Source: Nitrospirota bacterium (GTDB taxonomy: Bacteria; Nitrospirota; UBA9217). Taken from it: 64,000 nucleotides of DNA. The position numbers and the translations under genes are program-made. The DNA is taken from the NCBI GenBank assembly GCA_963749655.1, contig CAVVOB010000020.1, positions 32,001-96,000 on the forward strand, read 5' to 3'. Shown here one piece after another: positions 31,662-41,619 of the stretch. The first letter of the stretch is position 1, and every line of letters begins with the position of its first letter. Below the pieces are notes generated by a model, which worked only from the letters and a program-made list of their open reading frames with translations, searched no databases and was not told the origin of the DNA.

Positions 31662-33198
31662 TCAGGAAGAGGGCTGCGACAGGTCCTTGTCGCGATAGAG
31701 CTTGCGAAGCTCTTTCTTCATGATCTTGCCGGTTGCCGTCCTCGGCAGTTCTTCCGTGAAGATGAACCGGCGCGGGATCTTGTAATGGGCCACGTGCTCG
31801 GTCAGAAATTCGCGGAGCGCCTTCGGCGTCGCCTGCGCGCCGTCACGGAGCACCACGTACATGATGGCCAGTTCCTTTCCCTCTTCATGCTCGTGCGGCA
31901 CGCCGATCATGGAGCAGTCCTTGACCGAAGCATGCCGGTACAGCACCTCTTCCACCTCGTATGGATAGACGTTCAGGCCGTCCACGATGATCATGTCTTT
32001 TTTCCGGTCGATGATCCTGATGTGCCCGGACTGGTCGATGGAGGCCACGTCGCCGGTATAGCAGCCAGCCGTCGCGGATGGTCTTTGCCGTGTCCTCGGG
32101 TTTGTTCAGATACCCCTGCATCACGTTCGGGCCTTTCACCAGCAGTTCACCGGCAATTCCGGGCGGAAGCTGGGTGCCGCTGTCATCCACGACTTTGACC
32201 TCGATGCCGGGAAGCGGCAGGCCGACGGTGCCGGGCTTTCTCCTGTCCTTTTCCAGTGGGTTGATCGACACCACGGGCGAGGCCTCGGTCAGGCCGTACC
32301 CTTCAAGAAGGGGCACCTTGAACGCCTGCTCGAATTCATGGATCACCTTCACCGGCAGCGGCGCCGCGCCGGATACGCAAAGCCGCAGGTTCAGCAGGAG
32401 CTTTACGAAGAAGGGCATGTTCTTTTCAGCCAGGATCTTGTAGACCGTGGGGATCGCGACAAAGAGCGTGATGCGGTCCACGATCAGGCTCTTCACGACG
32501 CGGGAAAAAGGCCGGACCGAAGCAAGGAGCGAGATCATGGCGCCGGTGATAAGCGGAAGGATCACGCAGACGGTATAGGTGAAGGAATGGAACAGCGGCA
32601 GGAACACGACGAAGCGGTCCTTGTGCGTGACGTGGATTACTTCAGTGGCAGCCAGGGCGTTGGACAGGATGTTCCGGTGGGTAAGGAGCGCGCCTTTGGG
32701 CCTCCCTGTGGTGCCCGACGTATAGAGGATGGTCGAAATGTCGTCGGCGGTACGGGGTGGCGGCGTAAAGGATCCGTCCTGCGTTTTTGCCTGTGCAATT
32801 TCGGAGAGCGTGAACAAGGCACGCGCGTTGTTGGGGGGCAGCTTCTGCGCCGTGCCGGAGCAGTCAGCATCATAGAGGCAAATGGTGACGCCCGCGTCAT
32901 TCAGGATGAAATCGATCTCATCGGCGGTAAGCAGGTTGTTCAGCGGCAGGACGATTCCGCCTCCCCGGATGATGCCGAAGTAGGCTGCGATATAATGCGG
33001 GCAGTTGTGGCACAGGAGCGCGACCCGGTCTCCCCGCCGCATGCCTCGTTTTACGAGTTCGCCGGCGAAGTGGGTGGCCAGGCGGTCCATTTCCTTGTAG
33101 GAGAATTTTGTGCCTTCAAATTTGACGAACGTTGCCCGGGGGGTCAGAACGGCACGTTTCTGCAGGACCTGATCGAGAGGAATGATCTCTTTTATCAT
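31662..33198 (-). CDS. Long-chain fatty-acid--CoA ligase; one frameshift near 32061
   Basis: YTSGTTGRPKG, EGYGLTE; removing one base restores GWLYTGD, continuing into DRKKDMII and PRTATGKI. Confidence 0.88.
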
Positions 33199-33330
33199 GT
33201 GCGGCAGTATAACACAGACCTGAGGAGGGGAAAAGCGAAAAATTGCATTATTATTGGAACGAGTTCGAGGCCGGGTCCTCCGGAGCCTTTTACGAGCGCC
33301 GCTTTTCCGGTTCCCTCATCCGCACGTTTC

Positions 33331-33360
33331 TTGACAATATAACGGGATAAGGCGTATCCT
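33331..33360 (+). promoter_or_regulatory. Putative sigma70 promoter of tpx
   Basis: TTGACA-18 nt-TATCCT. Confidence 0.5.
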
Positions 33361-33415
33361 GTATTCAGGAGGGTGTTTTGCAGAGCAGCCTTTCTGCTAC
33401 GGAAGGAGGCCCCCT

Positions 33416-33949
33416 ATGGAACGGACGGGTGTTATTACGAGGAAAGGAACGCCGCTCACCCTGATCGGGCAGGATATCAAGGTGGGGGACAGGGCGCCGG
33501 ATTTTTCCGTCCTTGACAGCGAGCTGCACGAAGTCCGGTTGGGAGATTTTGCAGGCGGAGTTGTAAAACTCATCAGCGTGACGCCGTCGCTTGACACGCC
33601 GGTCTGCGACCTCCAGCTTCGTCGGTTCAATCGCGAGGCGGCATCGCTGCCGAAGGACGTGGTCGTGTTGAACATCAGTATGGACCTTCCCTTTGCGATT
33701 TCGAGGTTCTGCACAACCGCGGGGATCGACCGGGCGAAGGCGCTCTCGGACTATCGCGAGGCATCGTTTGGAACGGCCTATGGCGTGCTGATCAAGGAGC
33801 TTCGTCTCCTTGCACGGTCGATTTTCATCGTGGACAAGGACAATATCGTGCGGTACAAGGAGATTGTTCCGGAACTGTCCGATCATCCGGATTACGAACG
33901 GGCGCTTGCGGCGCTGGGAAAACTTACGCACAGCGAACAGGCCGCCTGA
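33416..33949 (+). CDS. tpx: Thiol peroxidase
   Basis: PSLDTPVC, SMDLPFA..RFC, LLARSIF. Confidence 0.93.
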   Translation: MERTGVITRKGTPLTLIGQDIKVGDRAPDFSVLDSELHEVRLGDFAGGVVKLISVTPSLDTPVCDLQLRRFNREAASLPKDVVVLNISMDLPFAISRFCTTAGIDRAKALSDYREASFGTAYGVLIKELRLLARSIFIVDKDNIVRYKEIVPELSDHPDYERALAALGKLTHSEQAA

Positions 33950-33994
33950 TCATGAGCCGGGATGGAATGTGCAGCGGTTTTGCGGGAAGGAATT

Positions 33995-34036
33995 AAAAAA
34001 ACGGCAGGCTCCGGTACTATCCGGCGCCTGCCGTTT
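33995..34036 (-). terminator. Rho-independent terminator between convergent tpx and csp
   Basis: Stem aaacggcaggc/gcctgccgttt preceded by an A-run (U-tract on the minus strand). Confidence 0.7.
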
Positions 34037-34048
34037 CGAAGTTGAAGC

Positions 34049-34249
34049 TTAGAGTTTTACGACGTTTGCCGCTTTGGGACCCTTGGGGCTGTCAACAACG
34101 TCGAATGTCACATTCTGACCCTCGGCCAACGACTTGAAGCCGCTGTCCTGGATGTCGGAAAAGTGGACAAAAACATCTCCGCCGTCTTCTTTGGTAATGA
34201 ATCCAAATCCCTTGGAATCATTGAACCACTTAACGGTTCCTTTTGCCAT
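34049..34249 (-). CDS. Cold-shock protein
   Basis: [22 protein letters not shown]. Confidence 0.97.
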   Translation of the reverse strand: MAKGTVKWFNDSKGFGFITKEDGGDVFVHFSDIQDSGFKSLAEGQNVTFDVVDSPKGPKAANVVKL

Positions 34250-34544
34250 TCAGGTTGAACCTCCTTCTTTGGATATTGAAGATAACGGAAATGTCGAAAA
34301 AAAAGCCGCAAAGCGTAAATCTTTGCGACATTCTTGCAACAAAGACTTCCGAACTTCGGCAGAATCATCCCATAAGCATTAAAAAATGTCAAGCGTAATT
34401 TCCCGAAGCCTGAGACCTATCGCGAAGGATTGTTTTGAACGCAGAGCCGCGGTCGCCGTAAGCATCGCTGCTTTACGTTACGGGGGTGTTTCTAGTATAC
34501 TTGATTACAGAGTCAGCCCAGATCAGAGATTGCAAGGAGAACGC

Positions 34545-36389
34545 ATGGCCCCCCCACGAAAGAAGGCGGCGAAGAAAACCCTGCTCAGGACCGGAAGAAC
34601 CGTCTGGAATCTCAGCCCGTTATTCGACAATGACAACGATCCGCGCATGGCGACCCGGCGAAAGATCATTGAACGGAAGAGCTACGAATTCATCAACGCC
34701 TGGAAGGACCGGAACGACTATCTTGAGGACCCGGCGCTGCTGCTGCAGGCCCTGAAGCAGTATGAGCTCTGGAAACGCCTCTACGGCTCCGACGGCGACG
34801 AAGGGTACTATTTCTGGCTGCGCACCCAGCAGGACCAGAACGATCCGAGGCTGAAGGCGAAGTTCAACAAGATAGAGGAATTCAGCAAGAAGATCGAGAA
34901 CGATATCCAGTTCTTTTACCTCCGCATTGCGCGGATCAAGCAGGCAGACCAGACCCGGTTCCTGGATTATGCCGGACTGGCGCCCTACCGCCATTACCTG
35001 GAACGGATCTTTGCCGAATCACGGTACCATCTGAGCGAAGGGGAAGAGAAGATCCTGAACCTCAAATCAGCGACCTCCTACGCTAACTGGACCAAGCTGA
35101 CATCGGGCTTTCTTTCCCGCGAAGAGCGTGTTGTCGTCACGGAGAGCGGCGCCAGAAAGAGCAGGCCTTTCAGCGAGATCGTCGGGCTGATGAACAGCAG
35201 GGAGAAGCGCGTGCGCGATTCCTCGGCCCGGGCCTTCAACGAGATCCTGTCGAAGAACGTCGACATCGCCGAGGCTGAGCTCAATTCCGTTCTCGCAAAC
35301 AAGAAGATCGACGATGAGCTGCGGGGCGCGCCCCGGCCCGATACGCTGCGGCATCTGTCCGACGACATCGACAGCGTAGTCGTGGACACCCTTGTCAGCA
35401 CGGTAAGCAGCCGTTTTGATATCCCGGCCCGGTTTTATGCGCTCAAGGCCAGGCTGCTCAAGGTCAAACGGCTCGAATACCACGAACGGAACGTGGAATA
35501 CGGGGTCATCGCCAAACGCTATCCTTATCCGCAGGCCGTGAACCTGGTCCTGACGGTCATGAACAATCTCGACAGCGAGTTCGGGAGCATTTTTTCAGGA
35601 TTCGTCAGGAACGGACAGGTCGATGTCTTCCCGCGGAAGGGCAAGGACAGCGGCGCCTTCTGCATGCACCATCTCATGACCCAGCCCACGTACATCCTGC
35701 TGAACCATGCGAACAAGCTGCATGACGTCCTGACCATCGCCCACGAGCTGGGGCACGGCATCAACAACGAGCTTATCCGTGAAAAACAGAACGCCCTCAA
35801 CTTCGGGACGCCGACTTCGACCGCCGAGGTTGCGAGCACCTTCATGGAGGACTTCGTGCTCGACGAGATACTCAGGAATGCCGATGACGAACTGCGTCTT
35901 GCCATCATGATGCAGAAACTGAACGACGACGTGTCGTCCATTTTCCGTCAGGTGGCGTGCTACCGGTTCGAACAGGAGCTGCACGGGGAAGCACGGAAAC
36001 GGGGGTACCTCGCGAAGAAGGAAATCGGAAAATTGTTCAGCGCGCACATGGCAGCGTATATGGGGAATGCCGTAGAACAGTCCGAAGGATCGGAGAATTG
36101 GTGGGCCTACTGGAGCCATATCCGGTATTTTTTCTATGTTTATTCCTATGCGAGCGGGCTTTTGATCTCCAAATCGCTCCAGAATGGGGTTAAAAAGAAC
36201 CCTGCGTTCATCGGCAACGTCAAGGAGTTCCTGTCAGCAGGACTGTCGGACTCGCCGAAAAACATTTTTTTAAAGCTCGGGATCGACATCGGAGACAGCC
36301 GGTTCTGGAACAGGGGACTCGATGAAGTGGAGAAGCTTTTGACCGACACGGAGCAGTTGGCTAGAAAACTGGGAAAGATAAAGAAGTAA
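34545..36389 (+). CDS. M3 family oligoendopeptidase F-like
   Basis: WNLSPLF, RKGKDSGAF, AHELGH, AEVASTF, FYVYSYASG. Confidence 0.92.
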   Translation: MAPPRKKAAKKTLLRTGRTVWNLSPLFDNDNDPRMATRRKIIERKSYEFINAWKDRNDYLEDPALLLQALKQYELWKRLYGSDGDEGYYFWLRTQQDQNDPRLKAKFNKIEEFSKKIENDIQFFYLRIARIKQADQTRFLDYAGLAPYRHYLERIFAESRYHLSEGEEKILNLKSATSYANWTKLTSGFLSREERVVVTESGARKSRPFSEIVGLMNSREKRVRDSSARAFNEILSKNVDIAEAELNSVLANKKIDDELRGAPRPDTLRHLSDDIDSVVVDTLVSTVSSRFDIPARFYALKARLLKVKRLEYHERNVEYGVIAKRYPYPQAVNLVLTVMNNLDSEFGSIFSGFVRNGQVDVFPRKGKDSGAFCMHHLMTQPTYILLNHANKLHDVLTIAHELGHGINNELIREKQNALNFGTPTSTAEVASTFMEDFVLDEILRNADDELRLAIMMQKLNDDVSSIFRQVACYRFEQELHGEARKRGYLAKKEIGKLFSAHMAAYMGNAVEQSEGSENWWAYWSHIRYFFYVYSYASGLLISKSLQNGVKKNPAFIGNVKEFLSAGLSDSPKNIFLKLGIDIGDSRFWNRGLDEVEKLLTDTEQLARKLGKIKK

Positions 36390-36395
36390 AATAAA

Positions 36396-36433
36396 TGGTG
36401 ACGATCCCGGCTTGTCGGGACGTTCTGACGGGA
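36396..36433 (-). repeat. Second, decayed copy of the hairpin-containing tRNA-derived unit
   Basis: 36405-36433 matches 36481-36509 at 27/29 nt; ends in ...CACCA on the minus strand. Confidence 0.8.
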
Positions 36434-36447
36434 TTGCGAATTTTGAA

Positions 36448-36505
36448 TGGCGGGGCGGACGGGGCTCGAACCCGCGACCTTCCCGACTTGTCGGGACGTT
36501 CTAAC
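36448..36505 (-). repeat. tRNA-Asp-derived pseudo-tRNA with substituted anticodon arm
   Basis: GTTAGAACG + TCCCGACAAGTCGGGA + 33 nt identical to the tRNA-Asp 3' end including CCA. Confidence 0.9.
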
Positions 36506-36752
36506 GGGACGTGGTGATCATCTTCAGAAGCAGGTCTCTTCTGCGAAACGAATTCAGTTCCGCTTCTCGTCTTACTGCTGGTGCCCTCGTGTCGAACGAT
36601 TCGGAATAGAGCACCTTCCAGGGTTTTTTCGATTTTGTGTAGATTGATCTGCCCTGATTGTGCCGAAGGAGTCGCTCCTCCAGGTTTGACGTCTGGCCGA
36701 TATACAGGGAATCGTCCACGTCACTCTGCAGAATATAGACGGAGAAGGGCAT
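36501..36752 (-). CDS. Small GIY-YIG nuclease family protein
   Basis: SVYILQS...LYIGQTSNLEERLLRHN.G...YTK...PW.V.Y.E...A..RE..L. Confidence 0.9.
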   Translation of the reverse strand: MPFSVYILQSDVDDSLYIGQTSNLEERLLRHNQGRSIYTKSKKPWKVLYSESFDTRAPAVRREAELNSFRRRDLLLKMITTSR

Positions 36753-36776
36753 GGCGAAGGCGAGTGAGAATTTGAA

Positions 36777-36853
<77 letters not shown>

Positions 36854-36858
36854 AAATC

Positions 36859-36925
36859 GAGTTATGAGTGTTGAGTCGTGAGTTTGTAGTTTAAACCAGG
36901 AACTAAGAACTAAAAACTCAAAACT
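36859..36925. repeat. Inverted pair of period-7 arrays (GAGTTNN type) in the tRNA spacer
   Basis: gagttat gagtgtt gagtcgt gagtttg tagttt / aaaccag gaactaa gaactaa aaactca aaact. Confidence 0.75.
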
Positions 36926-36934
36926 GTTTTTTTC

Positions 36935-37010
36935 TGGTAGGCGGAACAGGGATCGAACCTGTGACCCCAGCCTTGTAAGGGCTGTGCTCTCCCAGCTGAG
37001 CTATCCGCCC
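36935..37010 (-). tRNA. tRNA-Val (TAC)
   Basis: GGGCGGATAGCTCAGCTGGGAGAGCACAGCCCTTACAAGGCTGGGGTCACAGGTTCGATCCCTGTTCCGCCTACCA. Confidence 0.97.
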
Positions 37011-37073
37011 GGTTCTTCTACCAAAGTTGAGACACGTAATATCTTATATTCCGTCAAAAATGTCAAGCAAAAT

Positions 37074-37586
37074 TTAGTTTTCGTCAGGTTCCTGCCCCCT
37101 GATTCCCGGTGCCGTTTTCCTGAGCGCGGTCCCGGTCATGATCAGAAATACCCCGTCGGCGAGGAGCACGAGATTCAGCACGGCGGACAAGGCGTGGAGC
37201 CGGGCGAAGGCTTGTCGTGCCGGCGCGTCCAGTGACTCTTTTTCGAAGGAAGAAACCTGCTGCCGCGCGCGGTACGCCGCGGGCTCCAGTTTGAATACGA
37301 TCACCGCATTGATGACAAGCGCGAGTACCAGCAGGGTCTGGGAAAAGCGGGCCAGGGGGCTCTTTCGGTCGTCAGCAACGGTGAAGAACAGGATGTAGGC
37401 AAGGACGGCGAGAACCATCGTAGAGAGAAAATACCCCGGGAAAAGCTCTCCGACGATTTCGGCGGCAGCGTCGCGGTGGAAGGATTTGAATATTGCCGGC
37501 GTGACGATGAAGGTGAACAGAGCCATGCCGCCCACCCAGAGGGCGAGAACGAGGTTGTATAAGGCGTACCATCTGCTTTTCATCAT
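37074..37586 (-). CDS. DUF4149 / TMEM205-like membrane protein
   Basis: LWVGG..F..TPAIF, G.LFP.YF, FARLH.LS..LN. Confidence 0.8.
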   Translation of the reverse strand: MMKSRWYALYNLVLALWVGGMALFTFIVTPAIFKSFHRDAAAEIVGELFPGYFLSTMVLAVLAYILFFTVADDRKSPLARFSQTLLVLALVINAVIVFKLEPAAYRARQQVSSFEKESLDAPARQAFARLHALSAVLNLVLLADGVFLIMTGTALRKTAPGIRGQEPDEN

Positions 37587-37644
37587 CGCTCCTTGCCGCG
37601 CGTTTCATGCCTGCATCGGCGCCTCTCCTGCAGGCCGGGGCGCG

Positions 37645-39540
37645 TCACTCCCTGAACGACATGATCAATTCGTACATGCCGCCGTCGCTCCGTTTCTCGA
37701 TGTTGAACCCCATTTTTTCAAACAGCTGGAGCATCTGCCTGTTTTCCGTAAGGACCGCCGCGGTAAATCCAAGAAGGCCCTGTTTTTTAGCGATGTAGGT
37801 AACGTAGGAGAGCAGCACGGCCCCGATCCCCTTACCCTGGTAGTCGTCGCGCACGACGAAGGCCACTTCAGCGGTGTGCGTTGTCTGGTCGATCAGGTAT
37901 TGGGCCATGCCCACGATCAGTTCCTTCTCCTCATGCGGGAGCACGGCGAGGATCACCATTTCCTTTGTGTAGTCGATGACCACAAAGGGCTGGAGCCGGT
38001 CATGGTGCATGTCGGTTCGTGTGGAAATAAACCGGCGGTACATGGAATCGTTCGACAGGGAATAAAAAAAGTCTTTCAAAAGCGGTTCGTCGGAAAGCTT
38101 GACCGGCCGGAGCAGGACGGTCAAGCCGGTCTTCGTCGTGCGGGAACGTTCGAGATCCTCCGGATAGACCCCCTGGACACCGGGGATGAACGCCTGGTCC
38201 CGGTAGATGAGGCCGCGTTCCTTTGCCTGCTCGATGAGCCATTCGCGGAACCGCGGGTGCGCGATGGAGATGAGGTCCATGGCCCGCTCGCGGATGTTTT
38301 TGCCGTGGAGGTAGGCGATCCCGTATTCGGTGATCACGTAATGGATATCGCCGCGGGAGAGCGTCACGCCCGCGCCTTCGCGCAGGTAGGGCACGATGCG
38401 CGAGACCTCTCCGTTTTCCGCCGTCGATTGGAGAGCAAGGATGGTTTTGCCTCCCTGGGACAGGATGGCGCCGCGCATAAAATCGGCCTGCCCGCCGATG
38501 CCGCTGTAGAATTTTCTGCCGATATTTTCCGCCGTGGCCTGGCCCGAGAGGTCGATCTCGAGGGCGCTGTTGATGGCGGTCATGTTTTTCTGGCGCGCCA
38601 GCACCGTCGGATTGTTCGTATAGTTGACGGGCCTGAACTCGATCGCCGGGTTGTCGTGGAGGTAGTCGTAGGTGTCCTGCTTTCCCATGCAGAAGGCGGC
38701 GACGGTCTTGCCGCGGTTCAGCTCCTTGCGTGAATTATCGATGACGCGCGCCCGCATGAGCTCGACGATCCCCTCGGTCAGCAACTCGGTATGTACGCCC
38801 AGATGCTCCTTGTTTTTGAGGTGCGCGAGGATCGCGTTGGGGATGCTGCCGTAGCCGACCTGTATGGTGTCTCCGTCCTGGACGATGCGCGCGACGTAGG
38901 TGCCGATCTTCTGGGAGATATCGTCTGCTACGGTGTCCTCGTATTCCAGAAGCGGCTCATCAAAGGGAATGATGAAGTCCACCTCTTTGATGTTGATGAA
39001 CGTATCGCCGAGGACGCGGGGCATGCGGGGATTCACCTGGGCAATCACGAGCGCCGCGTTTTCCGAGGCCGCCTTCACGATATCCACACTGATGCCCAGG
39101 CTCATGAAGCCGTGCTCGTCGGGCATCGACGTCTGAATGAGCGCAACATCGACAGGCACGAGCTTTCGCTGGAACAGGGCGGGCACCTGGGAGAGAAAGA
39201 CCGGGGTGTAGTCCGCCAGCCCCCGGTTCACCGCCTCGCGGGTGTTGTTCCCGATGAAGAAGGAATTGTGCCGGAAGTTGTCCTTGAATTTCTCGTCCGC
39301 ATAAGGGGCCACGCCCAGGGTCCACACCTGCAGGAGTTCGGCGTCGAAGAAGGCCTTCGGATGGGACCCCACGTAGTTGATCAGGGCTTTGACGAGGTAT
39401 TGCGGTTCGCCGCAGCCCGTTCCGATAAAAATCCGGTTGCCGGGGTGGATCGTACCGAAGATCCGCTCTTCCGTCGGGAACTTCTCCGGATAGAGCGCCT
39501 TGACGGACTCCATCTTTTTTTGCCACTGGTCTGCTGACAC
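37645..39540 (-). CDS. Acetyl-CoA hydrolase/transferase fused to a C-terminal GNAT domain
   Basis: GDTIQVGYG, HLGVHTE, SGIGGQADF, YVITEYG; C-terminal AEVAFVVRDDYQGKGIG. Confidence 0.9.
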   Translation of the reverse strand: MSADQWQKKMESVKALYPEKFPTEERIFGTIHPGNRIFIGTGCGEPQYLVKALINYVGSHPKAFFDAELLQVWTLGVAPYADEKFKDNFRHNSFFIGNNTREAVNRGLADYTPVFLSQVPALFQRKLVPVDVALIQTSMPDEHGFMSLGISVDIVKAASENAALVIAQVNPRMPRVLGDTFINIKEVDFIIPFDEPLLEYEDTVADDISQKIGTYVARIVQDGDTIQVGYGSIPNAILAHLKNKEHLGVHTELLTEGIVELMRARVIDNSRKELNRGKTVAAFCMGKQDTYDYLHDNPAIEFRPVNYTNNPTVLARQKNMTAINSALEIDLSGQATAENIGRKFYSGIGGQADFMRGAILSQGGKTILALQSTAENGEVSRIVPYLREGAGVTLSRGDIHYVITEYGIAYLHGKNIRERAMDLISIAHPRFREWLIEQAKERGLIYRDQAFIPGVQGVYPEDLERSRTTKTGLTVLLRPVKLSDEPLLKDFFYSLSNDSMYRRFISTRTDMHHDRLQPFVVIDYTKEMVILAVLPHEEKELIVGMAQYLIDQTTHTAEVAFVVRDDYQGKGIGAVLLSYVTYIAKKQGLLGFTAAVLTENRQMLQLFEKMGFNIEKRSDGGMYELIMSFRE

Positions 39541-39701
39541 GCTGCAACACCTCCCCGTCCTATCAGGAAGTATAGCAGAAGGCCGTCGCGGATGAAAGAA
39601 ACCGCAGCCTTCGGGGAAAGGCCTTTTCCCTCCGGAGTGTTTATGTTATAGTATGTGATGAGAGCCGTCTGTCACATCCATTTCTCTTGAGGAGCCTGTG
39701 C

Positions 39702-40061
39702 ATGGAGCGCGTTGCCTTCGTTCATCATAAGGGCGCCGAGATCCTGTTTCTGGATTTCTCCCGGTGCAAGACCGACGAGGTGTTCCCCATCATAGCAAAA
39801 GCGACAACGGTCATCGCATCCCGTCCGCCCCAGTCGCTCCTCACCCTGACGGACGTGACCGATATGCGGTTCGACGACAGCGTGAGCCAGCGGATGAAGG
39901 AGTTTACCGCCCATAACAAACCCTACGTGAGGGCTGCGGCCGTCGTCGGCGTCACGGGCATCAAGAGGATCATATTCGAGGCGATCCTGCTTTTTTCGAG
40001 ACGGAAGCTTCATACCTTCGATTCCCTCGAGTTGGCGAAGGAGTGGCTGGCAAAACAGTGA
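39702..40061 (+). CDS. Hypothetical protein (STAS/SEC14-like)
   Basis: GAGGAG SD; pattern L.LTDV...AVVG..G.KR...FDSLE.AKEWL. Confidence 0.6.
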   Translation: MERVAFVHHKGAEILFLDFSRCKTDEVFPIIAKATTVIASRPPQSLLTLTDVTDMRFDDSVSQRMKEFTAHNKPYVRAAAVVGVTGIKRIIFEAILLFSRRKLHTFDSLELAKEWLAKQ

Positions 40062-40149
40062 CCGCGCCGGCCGATAAACGTCGGTCCGCGAGCCACCCGG
40101 CTTCCCTGTCCCCCCGACTTTCCCAGGCCCGTCGCTGAATGGAACCCGC

Positions 40150-41499
40150 ATGAAAAAGAGAGTCACCGAACAAACGGTCCTGTTCCTGAGCGTCGTGAAG
40201 TGGGTTGTCCTTGCCACGATTATCGGCTGTTTCGTCGGGTTTACGACCACACTGTTCGTCAAGGGGCTTGCGTGGTCCGAGTCCCTTCATGCGCTGCACC
40301 CGCTTTATTATCTTGTCCTTCCTCTCTCAATGTTCATAACGGCGTGGCTCGGCCATCAGTATCTGCCGTCGTCGGATGCGCACAGCACGAATAAAGTGAT
40401 CGCTGTCATACATGAATCCGGAAGCATATCGCCGGCGTCCATACTCAAGGCGTTTTTCCTCCCGATCGCGACCATTGCGAGCGGCGGCTCGGCGGGCAAG
40501 GAAGCGCCCTGCGCCGACGTGGGCGCGGGCGTAGGGTTCTGGATGGGAAGGCTGCTCCGGCTCAACCAGGAAGACCGGCGGAAGCTGATGATCTGCGGCG
40601 TAAGCGCGGGTTTTGCGAGCGTCTTCGGCGTGCCGATCGCCGGCGCACTGTTCGGCGTTGAAGTGCTCTTTGTCGGCGGTCTTCTGTACGAAGTGATCCT
40701 GCCGTCCTTTGTCGCCGGCATCACTGCGTACCAGATCTCATCGACGCTCGGAATCACCTATTTCTACCTTCCCCTGCCCGCAATACTGCATTTTACCGAA
40801 GCATTCTTCCTCAAGGTAATCCTCGCAGCGATTTTTTTCGGCATCGGTGCAGCCCTGTTCATCGAAATCATGAAGTCGATAAAACATTCAGCGGACAAGG
40901 TTTCCGTTCCTTTCCCTGTCAAAGGGCTGATCGGCGGCGGGCTGCTGGTCGTTCTTGTTTTTCTGTCGTCAACCCGCTACCTTGGCCTCGGTCTCGACAC
41001 GATCCAGGCGGCGTTGCACGGCGCCTCCGTCCGCTGGTATGATCCCCTCATGAAAACGCTCTTCACCGGCATAACGCTCGCCTTCGGCGGCATCGGCGGG
41101 ATCATCACGCCCATCCTGTTCGTGGGTACGGCTTCCGGCGCCGTCTTTGCCGGGCTCTTTCATCTCGATACGGGAATGTTTGCCGCGCTGGGCATGGTCT
41201 GCTTCCTGTCCGGGGCCGCGAACACCCCCATTTCGGCAAGCATCATGGCAATGGAGCTGTTCGGCCCGGCAATCGCGCCCTATGCAACCGTTGCCTGTAT
41301 CATCAGCTTCCTCATGACAGGCCACCGCAGCATCTATCCCGCCCAGGTCCTCTCCATAAAAAAATCGTCCTCGCTCCAGGTACGCCGCGGCGAACCTATG
41401 GGCAGGATCGAGGCTGTTTACGAACCGCAGGGTCAGACTCTGGTCGCTGCGATCGGGAACTGCCTCGGCAGACTGATAAAACGAAAAGAAGGGAAATAA
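40150..41499 (+). CDS. ClC family chloride channel/transporter
   Basis: GGSAGKEAP, GVSAGFASVFG.P.AGALFGVE, GGIITP.LF.G. Confidence 0.9.
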   Translation: MKKRVTEQTVLFLSVVKWVVLATIIGCFVGFTTTLFVKGLAWSESLHALHPLYYLVLPLSMFITAWLGHQYLPSSDAHSTNKVIAVIHESGSISPASILKAFFLPIATIASGGSAGKEAPCADVGAGVGFWMGRLLRLNQEDRRKLMICGVSAGFASVFGVPIAGALFGVEVLFVGGLLYEVILPSFVAGITAYQISSTLGITYFYLPLPAILHFTEAFFLKVILAAIFFGIGAALFIEIMKSIKHSADKVSVPFPVKGLIGGGLLVVLVFLSSTRYLGLGLDTIQAALHGASVRWYDPLMKTLFTGITLAFGGIGGIITPILFVGTASGAVFAGLFHLDTGMFAALGMVCFLSGAANTPISASIMAMELFGPAIAPYATVACIISFLMTGHRSIYPAQVLSIKKSSSLQVRRGEPMGRIEAVYEPQGQTLVAAIGNCLGRLIKRKEGK

Positions 41500-41619
41500 C
41501 GCCGGGTCCATCCGGTGCGTCCGCAGGAACTTCCGGGGGTATCACGAGCGCAAACGTCCGGCATTATTCCCTCTTCACCCTTGACCCTCCGTCGTTTCTC
41601 TACTACACTATAGTTCATC

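Noticed and set aside
36448-36505. Functional second tRNA, or attL/attR of a prophage or island
   Set aside because: It lacks the 5' acceptor strand and an anticodon loop; only ~270 bp separate it from the tRNA and no integrase is present.
40150-41499. Fluoride-specific CLC-F exporter
   Set aside because: Lacks the GNNLI/GREGT signature (has STNKVI/GKEAP), and no fluoride riboswitch was recognised upstream.
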